Origin: Tubiluchus corallicola
Lineage: Eukaryota > Animalia > Priapulida
Assembly: GCA_030141605.1 (NCBI GenBank)
Contig: JAQGDQ010000529.1
Location: 88,713 to 152,712, forward strand
Length of the DNA stretch: 64,000 nucleotides
Reading direction: 5' to 3'
How positions within the stretch are numbered: position 1 is the first letter of the stretch; every line of letters starts with the position of its first letter. Position numbers and translations under genes: made by a program. The notes below the pieces were generated by a model, which was not told the origin of the DNA, did no database searches, and worked only from the letters and a program-made list of their open reading frames with translations. Shown piece after piece: positions 1 to 17,575 of the stretch.

Positions 1-358
1 CTACAGAAACATGAGTAGCACAACTGCTGCACTGACCACTGCAGCTCTGGGGCTAACGTTAAGTATTACCAAGACTAGTTAACGAACGGATGGCTGACTG
101 CCGAATTCAATATTCGCTTTGGTTGATTTCATTCACTGTAGGTGCACTCATTTTAGTTGGTTATCTCGCTGAGGGAAGAATTCACATCTAAAAGTGGCTG
201 AAACACTTTTGCTACGATAGTGAGCCAGGTCCAGTGTTGCTACACTTAACTACTTTCATCAGACCCTGCTGATGAATACCGGTATTCTAACTCGCATCGT
301 GACGAGTTGTAAAAATGCAATACATGGCGTGATATGTGTTTGTGACAGTGATACTTAC

Positions 359-3756
<3,398 letters not shown>

Positions 3757-4252
3757 CTTGAGACTGTGTGCAAGAATCTCCCCTGGTGGATCTTCACTAC
3801 ACTGTTGCTACATTTTCAACAGAATCTTTAACATGCTACCAACCACAGCATCTAAAGCTAAAAATATAATCCTAATTTAATTAGTGCATCTGCAAGTACA
3901 AAATTTATTTAATTACAATGACCATACTAGGTTACAAGTGGTCACCAAAATAAGCTATGTCACTATATTCACCAGTAACTGCATAGAAGTGTCTTGTAAT
4001 TGCAGACCTTATGAATAATATAAGATAACAAGTTCACAGTATTCAATAAACAGTGCTGTTATTACAAAAGTGGCTTGACCTTTTAGACAGATTATATTAC
4101 GTATGAAGAATGAGTTTTTCCAGTTAGAATAGGTCTTGATCATCAAATCCCTAGAAATAAATCCAAAGTGAACGAATGGGCTAAACAATAATGTGAAAAT
4201 GTAAATTTATTAAAAATCTGACATAGAGTAACTAATAATATAACTATTACTG

Positions 4253-4923
4253 TAGGGTGGCTGAACGAAAATTGTAGAGTGCGCCACCATAGCCGCAAGC
4301 GTGCTCATTTGATAGTGCTATGAGTACATAGTTAATTAAAAAAAACCAGATTTAAAATAATTAGTTTGTTTTGAAATGGCGGTCAGTTAAAGTTCAAAAA
4401 AAACGCTCGAGTTTTGGGAGTAAGAAAAAATGACTAAGTCCGGTTTGAGCAAAAAGTTAAAAATTGTACTTTTAGCATTATTTATAACTAAAAATTCCAA
4501 ATACAGGTTTTAGTATGTTAGTGTCATTAAATGGAGTGCATTGCACGAGAAATAATCATATCAAGTCATATGGCAACATAGTATTCGTTTTTCCAGCATC
4601 CAAAATTCATCCAAATGATGTTTTACCTTAACAGGTGTGAAAATGGACCTTTTAGTTTTACGAAAGTGTGCTAAGTTGTCAACTTGAGTATAAGAGATGC
4701 CAAGTCAGCTGATAGTTAATTGTTAATATGACTTTTGGTAGCTCAGTGTACATAGAACAAATATTCATAAACACTTTGCACCTTCAGATTTATGCTAGGG
4801 AAAATTTTTACAGGAAAAACCGGGAAAACGGCATTTTCGTGAGTATTACCAAATTTACAATATGAAAACTATGCGTTTTAGAAAGTGGGATTTAGTTTTA
4901 TTTAGCGCGCATCAGCCACCCTA
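4253..4923. mobile_element. Putative non-autonomous DNA transposon (MITE)
   Basis: 12-bp terminal inverted repeat TAGGGTGGCTGA...TCAGCCACCCTA; no clean TSD. Confidence 0.5.
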
Positions 4924-5657
4924 CTATTAGTATGCTAACTATAGTAATAATTAGTATAAGTATCATAACTTGTGTAATACAAGAGTAAGCTTTTCTGACA
5001 TGAATTTTCAAGCAAAATATGCTAGATTTACCTATTCATACTAAATTTGTTGCCTTACCGTTTCTTACTTAGTGAAGTACTACTGTTATCCGTACAGCAT
5101 AATCACAACTCACTTGTGTCATGGCCACTGGAGCCTAGGTGAAATACCTTGAACTGAACGATATGGTAAGACAGTTATCCGTACAGCATAAATCGCACCT
5201 CAGGTGTGTTATAGCCATCTGGAGCTAACATGAAATACTCTAAACTTACTGAACGATAATACGGACTGAATGTTTGTTTTAAATTATGAAATGATAATTC
5301 TCAAAGTGAATATGAAAAACTTGCCGAACTCGAAAAGCAGATGAATAATAACTTGGCTACAATTTGTAATCTGGCGTCTGCGCAAAATTCAAGCATCTTT
5401 TCATTTAGGGATGGAGTGCAAACCATAGTTAAAATCAGAGAAAAATTATTGTCCGCTGTTAAACTAAGGCCGACTTGATAGTGTTAGCAGTGAGATATTG
5501 TGTATAACAAAATTTTATCACAATCATGTTTCAGTCTTCAGGCAATCAATTTACTCGAGATTGCAGGTTGTGAGGAGACGCACAGGGCTTTAATTGATTA
5601 TGATTTGTTACAATAATTAAGTGAATATAGAAGTGAAAGGCTGTTGAAACCTTCTAG

Positions 5658-7440
5658 GTTTACCTTTCCTTACCTTTATGTTGCTTTGGCAAAGTTGATC
5701 TTCTAGCCAAATTGTGCATATATGTTCGTATCCGTATCCTCAAAGGAGGCGTTGTATTTGCCGACCATCTCTTTCCCAGCTGATTGCTTGTCCAATTTTC
5801 TCTTAAATACATCTACACTTGGTGCACATATCACATCATTGGGTAAACTATTCCGTGCTTCTGCAATTCGGTATGAAAAATGATCAAATCCTATGCACTT
5901 TCTTGATCTGAACTTATATAGCTTTAGTGAATGGCGTCTGGTGATCAATCTGGCCACCTGCGATCTCAAATTCAACTGCAGGCTTACAGCTTTACCATAT
6001 ATTTGTTCTAGCTGATCTACATATTTGACCATCGATGGGTGCCTAACGAGGACTTTGTACAGACAGTATGAACTTACTATGGGTCAAACTAATAAAAGCT
6101 CCAGTTATTATCCCCACCATCTTCTTAGCTTTGCATATCGTTGTACTGGGTGTAATGTTCAAAAGTGAGCAATCTATCAAAAGTAATTCCAACATCTTTT
6201 TCTGACTCAACCCAGGGTATCTGGGAAATGATTTCATCTCTAACCAGCATTTAATCGGAAGCTGGATTACTTTCTTTCCTAGATTAATCGCCTTACATTT
6301 GCCAGGATGAAAAGCTAACAACCAATCTTTACTCCATGTAGTCATACTATGAAGATCTTCTTGAATGCTTTTTCCTATCCTGCTGTAATTCAGTTATATT
6401 GAACAGTTTTCTGTCATCCTCAAACAGAAAGATTTCAGACACTACTTCTTCTGGAAGGTAATTGTAGATAAAAAATAATATTGGACCAAGGATGATGATC
6501 TGTGGAATTCCACTATCTACATTTCGCCAACTTGAGCTACATCCCTGTACAATGACCTTTTGCTTCCTATTGCTCAAAAAGTCTGCTATCCACAAAACTT
6601 TACATTTCTGAATCCCATATGCTCTCAAATTACACAATAACCTATTGTTTGCTCCATCCATGTTTGCTCCACAATCCAGTGCTTCAGTCCACATCTCCCT
6701 TCCTTGTAAGAGCTATAGGCCTGATGATCATCCTGGCAAAAACCCATATTGCTTATTACTAATAAAATTGTTTATCAGCAGATACTACGGAATGTGGCCC
6801 CTTAAGAACTTCTCCATGACCTTACAAACAACACTTCTTAGGGATACAGGACAATAGTTAATTATCATTTTTCTATTACCCTTTTTATATATCGCAGATA
6901 CTTTGGCGTCTTTCCATTTTTGTGGTTAAACTCCTGCAACAAGCTAGCGATTAAAAATCCTAGTTAAGGGCGCTTTAATTTCATCTGTTAATTCTCTTAA
7001 CAACCGTGGGTGCATGCCATCTAGCCCTTCTGGTTTTGATATATTTAGCTTTTTCAACTTTTACCATTTCCTTCTTAATTTCTAATTGTTGCATTCCATA
7101 AAATGACCTCCTTTTAAAATTTGGTATCCGAAGGCTAGAGTCCTCTAGCACAAACACACTTGCAAAATAATCAAATAGGATTTGTTTCACTGCTATAGTT
7201 AGAAGCTCAGACGTAGTATCTTTCGGCACTTTATGAAGCTCACCAATTCCTTCTTTTATTTTGTACTTAGATTTAATATACTTTTAAACTGCCTTAGGAT
7301 TTTTTTCGACACTTGAGCAATATTTTCTTCAAACTGAGCTTACTGGTTCCTTATTTCTTTAATTACTTGATTCCTAACTTGGTTGTACTCCCTTCTGCGG
7401 TCCTCCGTATGCATCATACCTGTTTATACAAGATTGTCTA
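5658..7440 (-). mobile_element. Degenerate CR1-like LINE, 3' part (reverse transcriptase remnants)
   Basis: Frameshifted ORFs carrying CR1 RT motifs: YFASVF, CRPVSLRSVVCKVMEK-like segment, WIADFLSNRKQKV, SGIPQ..ILGPILF, LFEDD (YADD-like), WSKDWLLAFHPGKCK, RNSLPNDVICAPSVDVFKRKLD. Confidence 0.85.
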
Positions 7441-8899
7441 TGCTACAGAAGAATTGTGACAGTTGGGGACCTGAATGAAAGCTGCGAGGATGAATAATAT
7501 TTAAATAAATGCAGTGTTTGCGAACCCTTGCAAATGTTTTTGTTTGCCCACACCAGTGGACAGGGGAATGAGTAATCACACACTAAAATTGAAGACTTGA
7601 TGGGTTCTCTAATTTTATGCTAATTCAGCTACGTATCTCAACTATCGGTATTATTTGTCTATCACGCGCTACTTTTGTGTCACGAGCTCTGTGCGACTAA
7701 GCTGACATGATTTGAATTAAGCTTCCCAAAACGCCTGTTGGGACTAAAGAGTGCTCGTATTGCTTATGCTGTAAACTTTGTTTGTGATTCATTGGGTGAC
7801 GATGTAGATGATTTGCACAAGTTTATATTAATTTTACCTTTTTATGTTATTTTTATATTTTAAGAAAAGAACCCGAAATTTACAAAGTTTGGACTGATAA
7901 CTTTACCAATTGTGATCGTGGTGTTATTAAAGTTAGTTTTAGAGAATTTAGTTTAAATGGTTTAAGCTATCACGGTATAAATGATGTATTATGTACTACT
8001 ACTAGAACTATTCGAGGAGTAAGTGTCTTTTGTGTGAAGTACTTAGGAACAGAAATCACAGTAAATTTAATGTTGGTAAGTAAAACCTAATATGGCCTTG
8101 ACTTGTTTTCATTTCAATTAATCGAGGATATCTTAAAAATTATATTTATAACAAACTGTAAAATCTATTATTAATAATAATATTAACAAAAAATGTGTAA
8201 CGTCACTAGCAGGAAACACCAAAACTGCACAGATTTAGGCAAAATAAACTATTTTATTGAAAAACAGTAAAGAAGTTTCATAGCAACAGACCATGAGCTA
8301 GAGGTGGTAATGTTAAAGCTGGCTTACAACAGGCAAGCCCAGATTGGGTGGAGGCTAACAGTAAAGTAGTAGTGCCTATATCACAAGTTGGCATAATTGA
8401 AGCTATAGTGCTCTTACAAATGGTACCATGACTTGTCTGATTAATTGCTCTTGCTGCAGTGTTATAGTAACTTTGAGTAACTAGACACCATTGCCAGTAT
8501 CAATTATTATTTTAATATCTAATGTTGAGTAACTGAGTTAATAATGTTCGAAAGGTCAAGTAGCTGTACTTAAAGAAACTTGTGAAATAACATTTCACAA
8601 GTGTTTATAAGTTAGAAAGTTCTGTCAAATAGCTCCATTGAAGTGACGTACAGTCTGTACAAGCAACGCAGATACGTTTTAATTTCCAGAAATAATAACT
8701 AAGTACTGTAATACCACCGCTTCACGAATAAACAAACAGTTTAGGGCTTATGTGGAAAAGATTGTTGTATACAGTTGCAAAAGTGCAGTTAGCAAACCTT
8801 ATGTCAGGTGTTTCACAGTGTGTATTGTATCATGTTATGTATCGTATCGTGACCTAGGTGTATATATTTGCTATATTTATGATTAAATTTGTTTACTTT

Positions 8900-9519
8900 T
8901 TGCTTGCTTTTCATTCAATAGCTGCATTTATAAATTGACTGCATTGCTTGCTTTTCATTCAATAGCTGCATTTATAAATTGACTGCATTGCTTGCTTTTC
9001 GTGTTAATTTGTCACATTATGATTACTGATTGCTTTTCTTCATTTAAATACTTACTGCACAAATTCTTTTATTGTTGTATTCAATTATTTTTTTTGTTGT
9101 GCATTCATTATTTAACTACATCTTCGTTCATTTGCTGCATTTTAGTTCACTCGCTGCATTTATGATTTAACCAGATTGCTTGCTTTTTTTGTTGTTGCAT
9201 TCATGACTTGTTCAGTTGTTGTTTTAATTTTTAACTGCATTATTTGCTTGCTTTTTTCCCATTGGTATGATTATAATATAGCTGCCTTGCATTTTGTTTA
9301 TTTGCTACACTTAAGACCTAACCACGTATTATTCACTTAACCATGTGGTCTGCCGTGCTTTACAATATTCCTAAGTTATATAGGGGTGGCTGACTCGATG
9401 ACCTCCTGGTCTTTCGCCACCCCATCTCTACATACTTTACACAATTTGTTGTATTTGTGCTATAAATATTATATTAGAGATGATTAAAACCTTTGAATTG
9501 AATTGAATTGAATTTGAAT
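8900..9519 (+). mobile_element. 3' end of an L2-group LINE/SINE
   Basis: GGGGTGGC...GCCACCCC stem-loop at 9383-9423 followed by an ATTAAA and a (TTGAA)n tail; a related stem-loop lies at 29161-29200. Confidence 0.5.
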
Positions 9520-9584
9520 TGTGTATCGTTACAGCCCTAACATTATATCACGACAGTAGAAAACATTTATTCTTATGTTACAGC

Positions 9585-11727
9585 ATGAAAATGAAGGTGG
9601 GAAAAACGGCAGGCATATCAATTAACTCTAATGAGGCTCTGTCATGGAGACGATTACATCTGAGTCGATCAAAGCTTCGTGCATCGCACAGCACTTCAGC
9701 TCTTTTGTCTGGATTTGCTTTAGTGAGTACATTACTATTTTTGCTACTGCTGTGTTTATGGTTTCTGGTCATAATGCTTTCTGTTTAGGCAGAGCACCTT
9801 CTTTGGAGAGTTTAGGAGCATTGATTTGTTCAGGCAAAAAGGGTGTCATCGATTTTTACTGTTTCTTATTGCTTTCTTGTGTTTGTTCGTCACGTAAGTG
9901 ATCTGGAAGATATAAAAACATATACAACTAGCTGTGTGCTATGTCTTGTATCATATGTATAGACAACTATAATTTAATCAAAATATCATTTACATTTCGT
10001 GTTGCGTATTTATTTTGCCTCATGATTCTCTTATGTTCAATACTCGACCACATGTGTTTCATTCGTCAGATTCATTGTCCTTGCTTACCTTGTCAAAGGC
10101 AGATGTATGCATCCATGATCCACATGAAGCTAGCGCTGCTAGTTACATGACCAGACCATATATTCTAGTGGTAACGCATTCGCTTCGAGTCTGGGAGGTT
10201 GTGTGTTCAGTACTGTGGTTGGATCACACCAAAGACTTTGAGAACGGTACATGCTGTTGTGTGTGGTATTTAGGGTAGAAGTGGGGTAACAGTAGTTTCC
10301 GTGAAATGTGGTTTAGAGTTATTATTTGCTGTCAGTAAAAAGCTATTTGTCCAAAAGACGACCTTAAACAAAGATTATTATTATTACTGCTGGACACCAC
10401 TGCTGGTTCAGTGTCTCATCTTACAGGATTTTCCTTTTGGTTGTCTACACGGGCACCAATAATAAGTTGCAGCCTTGTTGATTTGCAGATATTTTAATCT
10501 CTGTTTTCTACTTTGATTCACCAGATTACTGATTACCTGTAATCCTTCCTTTTCATCAATTTACTTTGGGCTCATAGCTGTGGTTGCATAGAAAAATCGT
10601 CCATAAGTCGGCTTTTCTAGTTATTCACATATCCTGAATTTGGCTTATCCTTCTGTATTCATTTAACATTTCTGTATTCCGTAACATTTGTTGGTTACGT
10701 TTTCCGTTTACTAGAATTTTGTTCCGTTAACAGTTAATGTGTTTTTTTGCGTTATGTGCTTTCAGTTAACTCACATTTTACTTCAGTTATTCTTTTCTGA
10801 TAAGACTCTTTTTCAGTAATCATCTTCTCCTTTAGAGTGTGCCTCATTTTATCCAAAGTCTTTGACAGTTTCGTTGAAATAATGAGGTGGATGCTGGGCT
10901 TACCACCAACATTAAATTTTTTTGACGCTAAATTGCTGAATGCAGGATTTCTTTTTTCACTTGGCGAAATTTCAATTTTTGGTGAAACAAATGTCTATAT
11001 TTGCATAAACAAGTATGTAATACACCTCATTATAATGACAAACTTGCTTAATGCCATCTTTTTTTCAGTCCGAAGGTACGTGGTATAAAGTGGTTTGGTT
11101 GTACTGTTTATTTAAAGGTTTAAGAAGCAAAATGTGCTAATTTTTTTGTTTTGCTCGCACAATATCAGCTTTCTTCTTACGTTTCAGATTGCTATGATAG
11201 AACTGAATTTTGAAGTCGGTCCAAACGATACGATACCACATGGACTTTTCATTGCTTTTGGCGTGTGCACAACTCTAGTGGTTGTTGTTCACTTGATGGC
11301 CTTGCTCATCAGTACGTGCATCCTACCGCACATTGAAGCCGTTTCTCATTTGGGCACGAGTGGTGCGGGCGAATCGCCGCACGAAAAGTTTCGCGTCTAT
11401 ATAGAACTATCGTGGGGATTCTCAACGGGTCTGGGAATCTTCCTATTCTTGGCGGAGCTGGGGCTTGTTGCTTGGATACGTTTCCATAACCTCTATGACG
11501 GAAGTGATGAGGTGGCTATTGCTTGCACGGTGATATTGATACCGACACTAGTGGCATTCGTAGGGTTCGCACTGTTTTTTTATCGTAAACTGGCACTCTA
11601 TCATATAGAACGATTGAAACGTCAGATGAGTACGTTGGATCTTGAAGCTCAAGATTTTCAAGCTTGTGGTATGGATGCTTGTAATACACAAAGGCTGAGC
11701 ATAGGCAACGGCCTGCAAGATATCTGA
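9585..11727 (+). CDS. Orai: Orai calcium release-activated calcium channel subunit (about 225 aa)
   Basis: Exons 9585-9722 ([29 protein letters not shown]|gtgagt) and 11188-11727 (ttcag|IAMIEL...[14 protein letters not shown]...ESPHE...LFLAEL...ILIPTL...FYRKL). Four TM segments; E106, H134, E190 and P245 equivalents present. An upstream exon could extend the N-terminus. Confidence 0.95.
10165..10387 (+). mobile_element. Degenerate tRNA-derived SINE
   Basis: A-box-like TAGTGGTAA, degenerate B box, CACCAAAGACTTT..A.GGTAC body motif typical of invertebrate SINE2 elements, (ATT)n tail. Confidence 0.5.
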
Positions 11728-13051
11728 AAGAAATGTTTTATCGTGCCATCATTGTGACACTATAGTGGACCAATTGCAGTATGTGATATATATAGACATG
11801 TGTCTCAAATCACAGTGTATAAATGCAGTTTTCATATGTATGAGAAAGAGCAAGGGTGCTTACTTTCCTAAGTTAAACGATATCAAGCTTGGTCACAAAT
11901 GGATGGGCAACACTACTTGGAAAGTTGCATCTGGTCTTTTTCTTGTGCTATACTGTCTTTGACTATTGTATTGCTATTTTGTATTTCTGGGCCTTAACTC
12001 TATCAGGACCCCACCATTAAAATATGGATCTTATAAGACCTATGATTCTTCTGCTACTGTATCAGCACAGACATAACTAAATGATAATAAATTAGGTACT
12101 GCTCTATTCAGGAGAATCTCGGCTATCCAATTATGCTATTTGTAAGTGATTTAATTGGATAAAATAAAGAAAAACGGCCTCTTCTTGCATCCAACTTAAC
12201 CTATTCAGTAGCTTAGTCTGGTGTACACTTGCGTGATCGTACACACTAATTTATTGTTCGCCTGCTTGCTACAGCCTAAGCTGTGCATTGTTCTGCTGCT
12301 ATTCCTGAAAAAACCAACCCAAGCCAAGGACAAATTAAGGTAGTTTCATCTTAACAGGAATTGCTCCTTAAAAGAGTAGACTTGGTTCAGGTCAAGGTGT
12401 ACCAGAGTGTTGTGTCTGGATAGTTGAAATTTTCTGCATTAGCTGATTTCATACAAGTGATACTGTACATTGTTACAGTGCAAATGCTGTATTTGCTGAA
12501 AGCTTTTTTCAATTCTGTCGTTAAAAATCAATTTTTAGTTTGTCTAAGGTAAGCAAATGCATTTTCTTATCCATTGTGTGAGGAATAGAAACCTACAAAA
12601 ATTATCAAACATGGCATAATAACTGCTTAGTGAGAGCAGTTTTTCATGCACCCATGCAAAATGCTGCAAACGTTATGGTCCTGAAGGAGTTAAGCAAGGC
12701 TGGAGTTTGAGTGGGTTTGATAGGTTAATATAATTTACCTCATTAAAGGAGCATTTACCGCATATGTCTGTACATGGCCAGTTCAATAACTCGTCTTGGA
12801 AGATCACCTTTGACAAGTCTCTTATTATCTTAATATAGCTTGCGGAAAGCTGCGCTGTATGCATAAAGGACTGTCAGCTTAAAAGAAATAACACAAGCTA
12901 AGACTGCCTAATTTAACTATTTATTTTATGATTTAAATGCTGTTAGTTTTGTGGTATACAGGGCACAGCCACAGACAATAGCAACACTCTTTCTTTCTTG
13001 CTTTTTGACAAAATCTGGTTCACAATTGTATTTGTACGGTACATTCTAGCT

Positions 13052-13553
13052 CAGGGGTGTGCAAATTATCTGACTAGCCGGGCCACATTAAACTTTCCCG
13101 CAATTCCTGCGGGCCACAGGCAGTTTGATCAAGGAGCCAAGTACGGAAAGGCCTAATAACGATTTTTTTTGCATCCGACCTGCGTACATCATTACTACTA
13201 CACTCAAGAAACTATTTTACACGTTATTAAAATTTATATTTACAAACCATATATTTCTACTTTCAGGACAGATAGTGGTAATTTCATTACAATACATATC
13301 AGTAATGTGTATCACACAGTCTGTGTAGTACAGTGACATTAAGCTACAACCATCATGTAAGGGTTAATGGCATCCGATCTAGTAGAAAAAACTACCCGCA
13401 CTATCTTTGGGATCGTGGCACGGACTTCAGCTGGATACACTCAATTAATCGCCCGGGCCGCACTTTCATTAGGTTGACAAATCTCTTCGCGGGCCGCACA
13501 AATTCTCTCGGCAGGCTGCAAGTGGCCCGCGTGCCGCAATTTGCACACCCCTG
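13052..13553 (+). mobile_element. hAT (Buster-type) MITE, family A
   Basis: Perfect 16-bp TIRs; 8-bp TSD TTCTAGCT. Confidence 0.92.
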
Positions 13554-14199
13554 TTCTAGCTACTAATATTTTTACTTTTGATGTATAGCTAATTAATAGT
13601 GCTTACTTATAATGTAATTAAGGATATAATAATTAAACATCATGGCTAATGATTGTTGTCAATATTTTTTGATTTACTTTTCAGATAATAATACTAATTT
13701 CAATAATAAATTGTCACTAATAAGTTGATCACTGATGGAATATCATTATTGTTGGTGACGTTATGAATGTTAGTGAAAAGCCTGAGATTGTTTGTATACG
13801 ATTAAAAGTCTGACCAGCATTGGAAGGCCCGACTTTTCATTATAGATCAGTAGACAGACGGTATAGATGTGATTAAAACAGTCATTTATTAACACGAAAG
13901 AGGAATAGTCAGTACAGTAAGTAATGAAGTAGATGTGTTGCAGTTAAATAGTTGATTAAGCTGACAATTGTTACAGTCGTATTAACAGTAATAATTAATG
14001 CTACCAAATAGAGTAACACTAATACCACTGCAAATGACTAAACATGCAAATTATTTAAATGGGAAAAACTTTCAAGTTCATCTGTATTAAAAACCCGAGT
14101 AGAACTAGAACTTGTAGAACTAGAACCTTGTAGAACTGTGTACAATATGTGAAAGCTGTCCTTCGTCAAACGGATATAATCGCTGACGACCTCGAGAAC

Positions 14200-14741
14200 A
14201 CAAAACAACATATCAGGGATTCCGAAAGAACTAAACTGCACACCTGTGTCTCTATCTGAATCCCGAACTATCTGTCAGTGCAATGTGTAGCGTTAAAGTA
14301 AATGAGCTCCATAGGATTAAAACATCTCGGTTACGCCTCTCCTCACATAACCTAGCTATTGAGACGGGAAGATGGGCAAGGATAAAAAGAGAAGACAGGC
14401 TATGCTCCTGTTCTGGTTTAAACATTCAAACAGAAGAGCATGTTATCTGTTTTTGCCCACTTACTAATCACCTTCGTGAAGATAACACTGAACTGAACTG
14501 AAACTTCCATTTTCAATGGAAACCCAAAGTCATATTCTGAATTTGTAAATAACTGTTTAGCGATTTTTGGACAGTAATGATCATGTTAGGCGATAATAAG
14601 TGTGTAGTGAGAATTTGTAAATAATTCTTCAATTATTTTTTGACAGTAATAATCATGTTATATGATCAAAAGTCCTTTTTTTGTAGTGATCTATGGACTG
14701 AACCAAAATATCATGTTCGACTATCTCTTAATCAGTCAATA

Positions 14742-14745
<4 letters not shown>
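14200..14745 (+). mobile_element. Non-LTR retrotransposon 3' fragment
   Basis: RLRLSSHNLAIETGRW...RLCSC...TEEHVICFCP, the C-terminal zinc-knuckle motif of LINE ORF2, followed by AATAAA and a (TA)n run. Confidence 0.75.
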
Positions 14746-14780
<35 letters not shown>

Positions 14781-14969
14781 ACAAAGGCAGTACATAAAAA
14801 ATGCTCTCAGATACCCCCAATTTAGGAAAACACAGGGAGACTCGGGGGCTTGTAGAGTAGTTGGGTAGTTTTACTCCCCGGCTGCAGATCGGCTGATGTC
14901 CAATTACAAAGTGTTGAGATATAATCATGCCACTTCTTTACCTAAAGAATATTTGGAAAAATTGTTAGA

Positions 14970-15487
14970 AACAGGTGTCACCACTTACTAGTCATTTATC
15001 AAACAGTGCAGTGTCTAACAGGTGTCACCACTTACTAGTCATTTATCAAACAGTGCAGTGTCTAACAGGTGTCACCACTTACTAGTCATTTATCAAACAA
15101 TGCAGTGTCTAACAGGTGTCACCACTTACTAGTCATTTATCAAACAGTGCAGTGTCTAACAGGTGTCACCACTTACTAGTCATTTATCAAACAGTGCAGT
15201 GTCTAACAGGTGTCACCACTTACTAGTCATTTATCAAACAGTGCAGTGTCTAACAGGTGTCACCACTTACTAGTCATTTATCATACAGTGCAGTGTCTAA
15301 CAGGTGTCACCACTTACTAGTCATTTATCAAACAGTGCAGTGTCTAACAGGTGTCACCACTTACTAGTCATTTATCAAACAGTGCAGTGTCTAACAGGTG
15401 TCACCACTTACTAGTCATTTATCAAACAGTGCAGTGTCTAACAGGTGTCACCACTTACTAGTCATTTATCATACAGTGCAGTGTCTA
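14970..15487. repeat. 47-bp minisatellite, about 11 copies
   Basis: Unit AACAGGTGTCACCACTTACTAGTCATTTATCAAACAGTGCAGTGTCT, almost invariant. Confidence 0.97.
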
Positions 15488-17129
15488 TACGTACTACCAG
15501 TTCATGGGTATATCACATGGTGACTGTGGTAACATTTTGATCGGACATTTTGCTACCATAATCCGTTAAATCAGTCTTGAACGGTGCATTTGTTCAGCAC
15601 GTATTACAGGATCAATGCCGTGCTTCTGCAAGTAACTCGGTGAAGTGTAAACACAATGGAGTAATCAGTAAAGTTATATCCTTACACGAATTCTACATAG
15701 AGTAAGTCAGAATACAGTAAGTTACTAACTTTTATTGTTTGTTATGATCTTTACTGTAGAGATTAGGTAACAGGAACTTTCAAGATTTACATACCGCCAT
15801 ATTTTGTCATTCAACAATTTAAATGCCCCATTAGTTACAAGAGAAGCCACCTCTCACCTCAGTTGTGTCTGGCTTTCACCTGGTTAATTAATTCTTGCTT
15901 GTAAAGTTTCTCCACGGCAGTAGCTAGAGCCCCTGGTGGTGTTTTTTGTGCTAAGCTCAATCATGTTTTCGGTTCTTTTGACTTTGACAGCTAATGATAA
16001 AGGCATCAGTTGTGTGGTTAAGTTACCATGTAACCTGAAATGTACACATGTAAAATTACCTTTGTAGAACATAGAACATTTATTTTCTCCAATTAGTTTG
16101 ACATAAAAAGTTTTTTAAATATTACATAATTATAATCGTGGAGCAGGGCAGGGAAGGACCATAGGGTCATATAGTCTCCTGCCCTTTCTTGTAAATAGAT
16201 TAGTATATTAAAAATAAATGGTGATGCTGCAGATAACAAAAACAAATAAGAAAACATAATAATAAGAACAGTATAAATGATACAAATTATCAAAAAAGAA
16301 GTGAAAACAAAAAATAATAAAGTTGGATACCTAAATCTAAACAAAACAATACAATTATTCAGTAATTAGGATTATTATATATAGTATTTTCAAATAGGGG
16401 TCTTATTAACAGGGGTATTTGACCAAGGTTAGTGAGTAAAGTTAAAAAACTGAGAGTATGGAGAGATAAAATAAGTATCAAAAAAGTGTAATATAGAAAA
16501 ATTTAAGAGAAAAAGTAAGTATGAGAAAGAGAGTATGTAGCATATCATAGCAAGCATCATTAATTTTTCGCAATTGCTAACTTTTCTTCAGCATGATGTA
16601 CACGTATGTGTTGGCTCTCCATATTGAAGGTATGTATTGCAATAAAAATAACTGAGGCAACTGTCGCAGATGCGATTTAATATTCAATTCATTAATTTGC
16701 CGTTAGATATTATTATTAGTTTACACTTAATTTCTCATTGCAGCACTGCTCTCATGTTATACACTGCCACTAAGTTCGTGCTGCCACCTATTAATAAGTT
16801 TGTATTTTGCTGGCTGTGTATGTTTTGTATAAAGCTAGGGTAGTTGGCTTCTTGAGTTTGGTTTTATTATACTAGGTTAGAAGAGTAATAAGTAATCAGA
16901 CGTGACTGAATAGGCAGTTGTGTTTAAAATGTTTAATGTTTTGCTAAGATGACAAATGAACACGAGACTTTATACTTTTACTATTTGAATGACGTAGATG
17001 ATCTTGACTGTGTGAGTGTTTCTGTCTGTATAGATCAGTGCTCAAGTGTTTAAATCTTTCTGTGCAAAATCTAAATGTGTTAACATTTGTCCTCTTGCTG
17101 GTTTTCTGACTGGTTCTATTGCTTGTTGA

Positions 17130-17538
17130 AGAGCTATCTTCAGGTAGTCTAAGCATATGCCCAATCCAGAGCTATCTTCACTGGATTATCTTTGCGTAGT
17201 CTAAGCATATGCCCAATCCAGAGCTATCTTCACTGGATTATCTTCAGGTAGTCTAAGCATATGCCCAATCCAGAGCTATCTTCACTGGATTATCTTCAGG
17301 TAGTCTAAGCATATGCCCAATCCAGAGCTATCTTCACTGGATTATCTTTAGGTAGTCTAAGCATATGCCCAATCCAGAGCTATCTTCACTGGATTATCTT
17401 CAGGTAGTCTAAGCATATGCCCAATCCAGAGCTATCTTCACTGGATTATCTTCAGGTAGTCTAAGCATATGCCCAATCCAGAGCTATCTTCACTGGATTA
17501 TCTTCGCGTAGTCTAAGCATATGCCCAATCCAGAGCTA
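17130..17538. repeat. 52-bp minisatellite, about 7.5 copies
   Basis: Unit AGAGCTATCTTCACTGGATTATCTTCAGGTAGTCTAAGCATATGCCCAATCC. Confidence 0.97.
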
Positions 17539-17575
17539 CAACTTCTTTGTGCCTGAATTACGATGAAAACGTCAG

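Noticed and set aside
5058-5122. ATG at 5122 as the start of the Ig gene
   Set aside because: In-frame stop before the donor; the ATG at 3756 gives a proper signal peptide in the correct phase.
12673-12875. Exon-like segment on the minus strand (ctgacag ... gag|gtaaat)
   Set aside because: No recognisable protein similarity and no partner coding exons; unsupported without RNA data.
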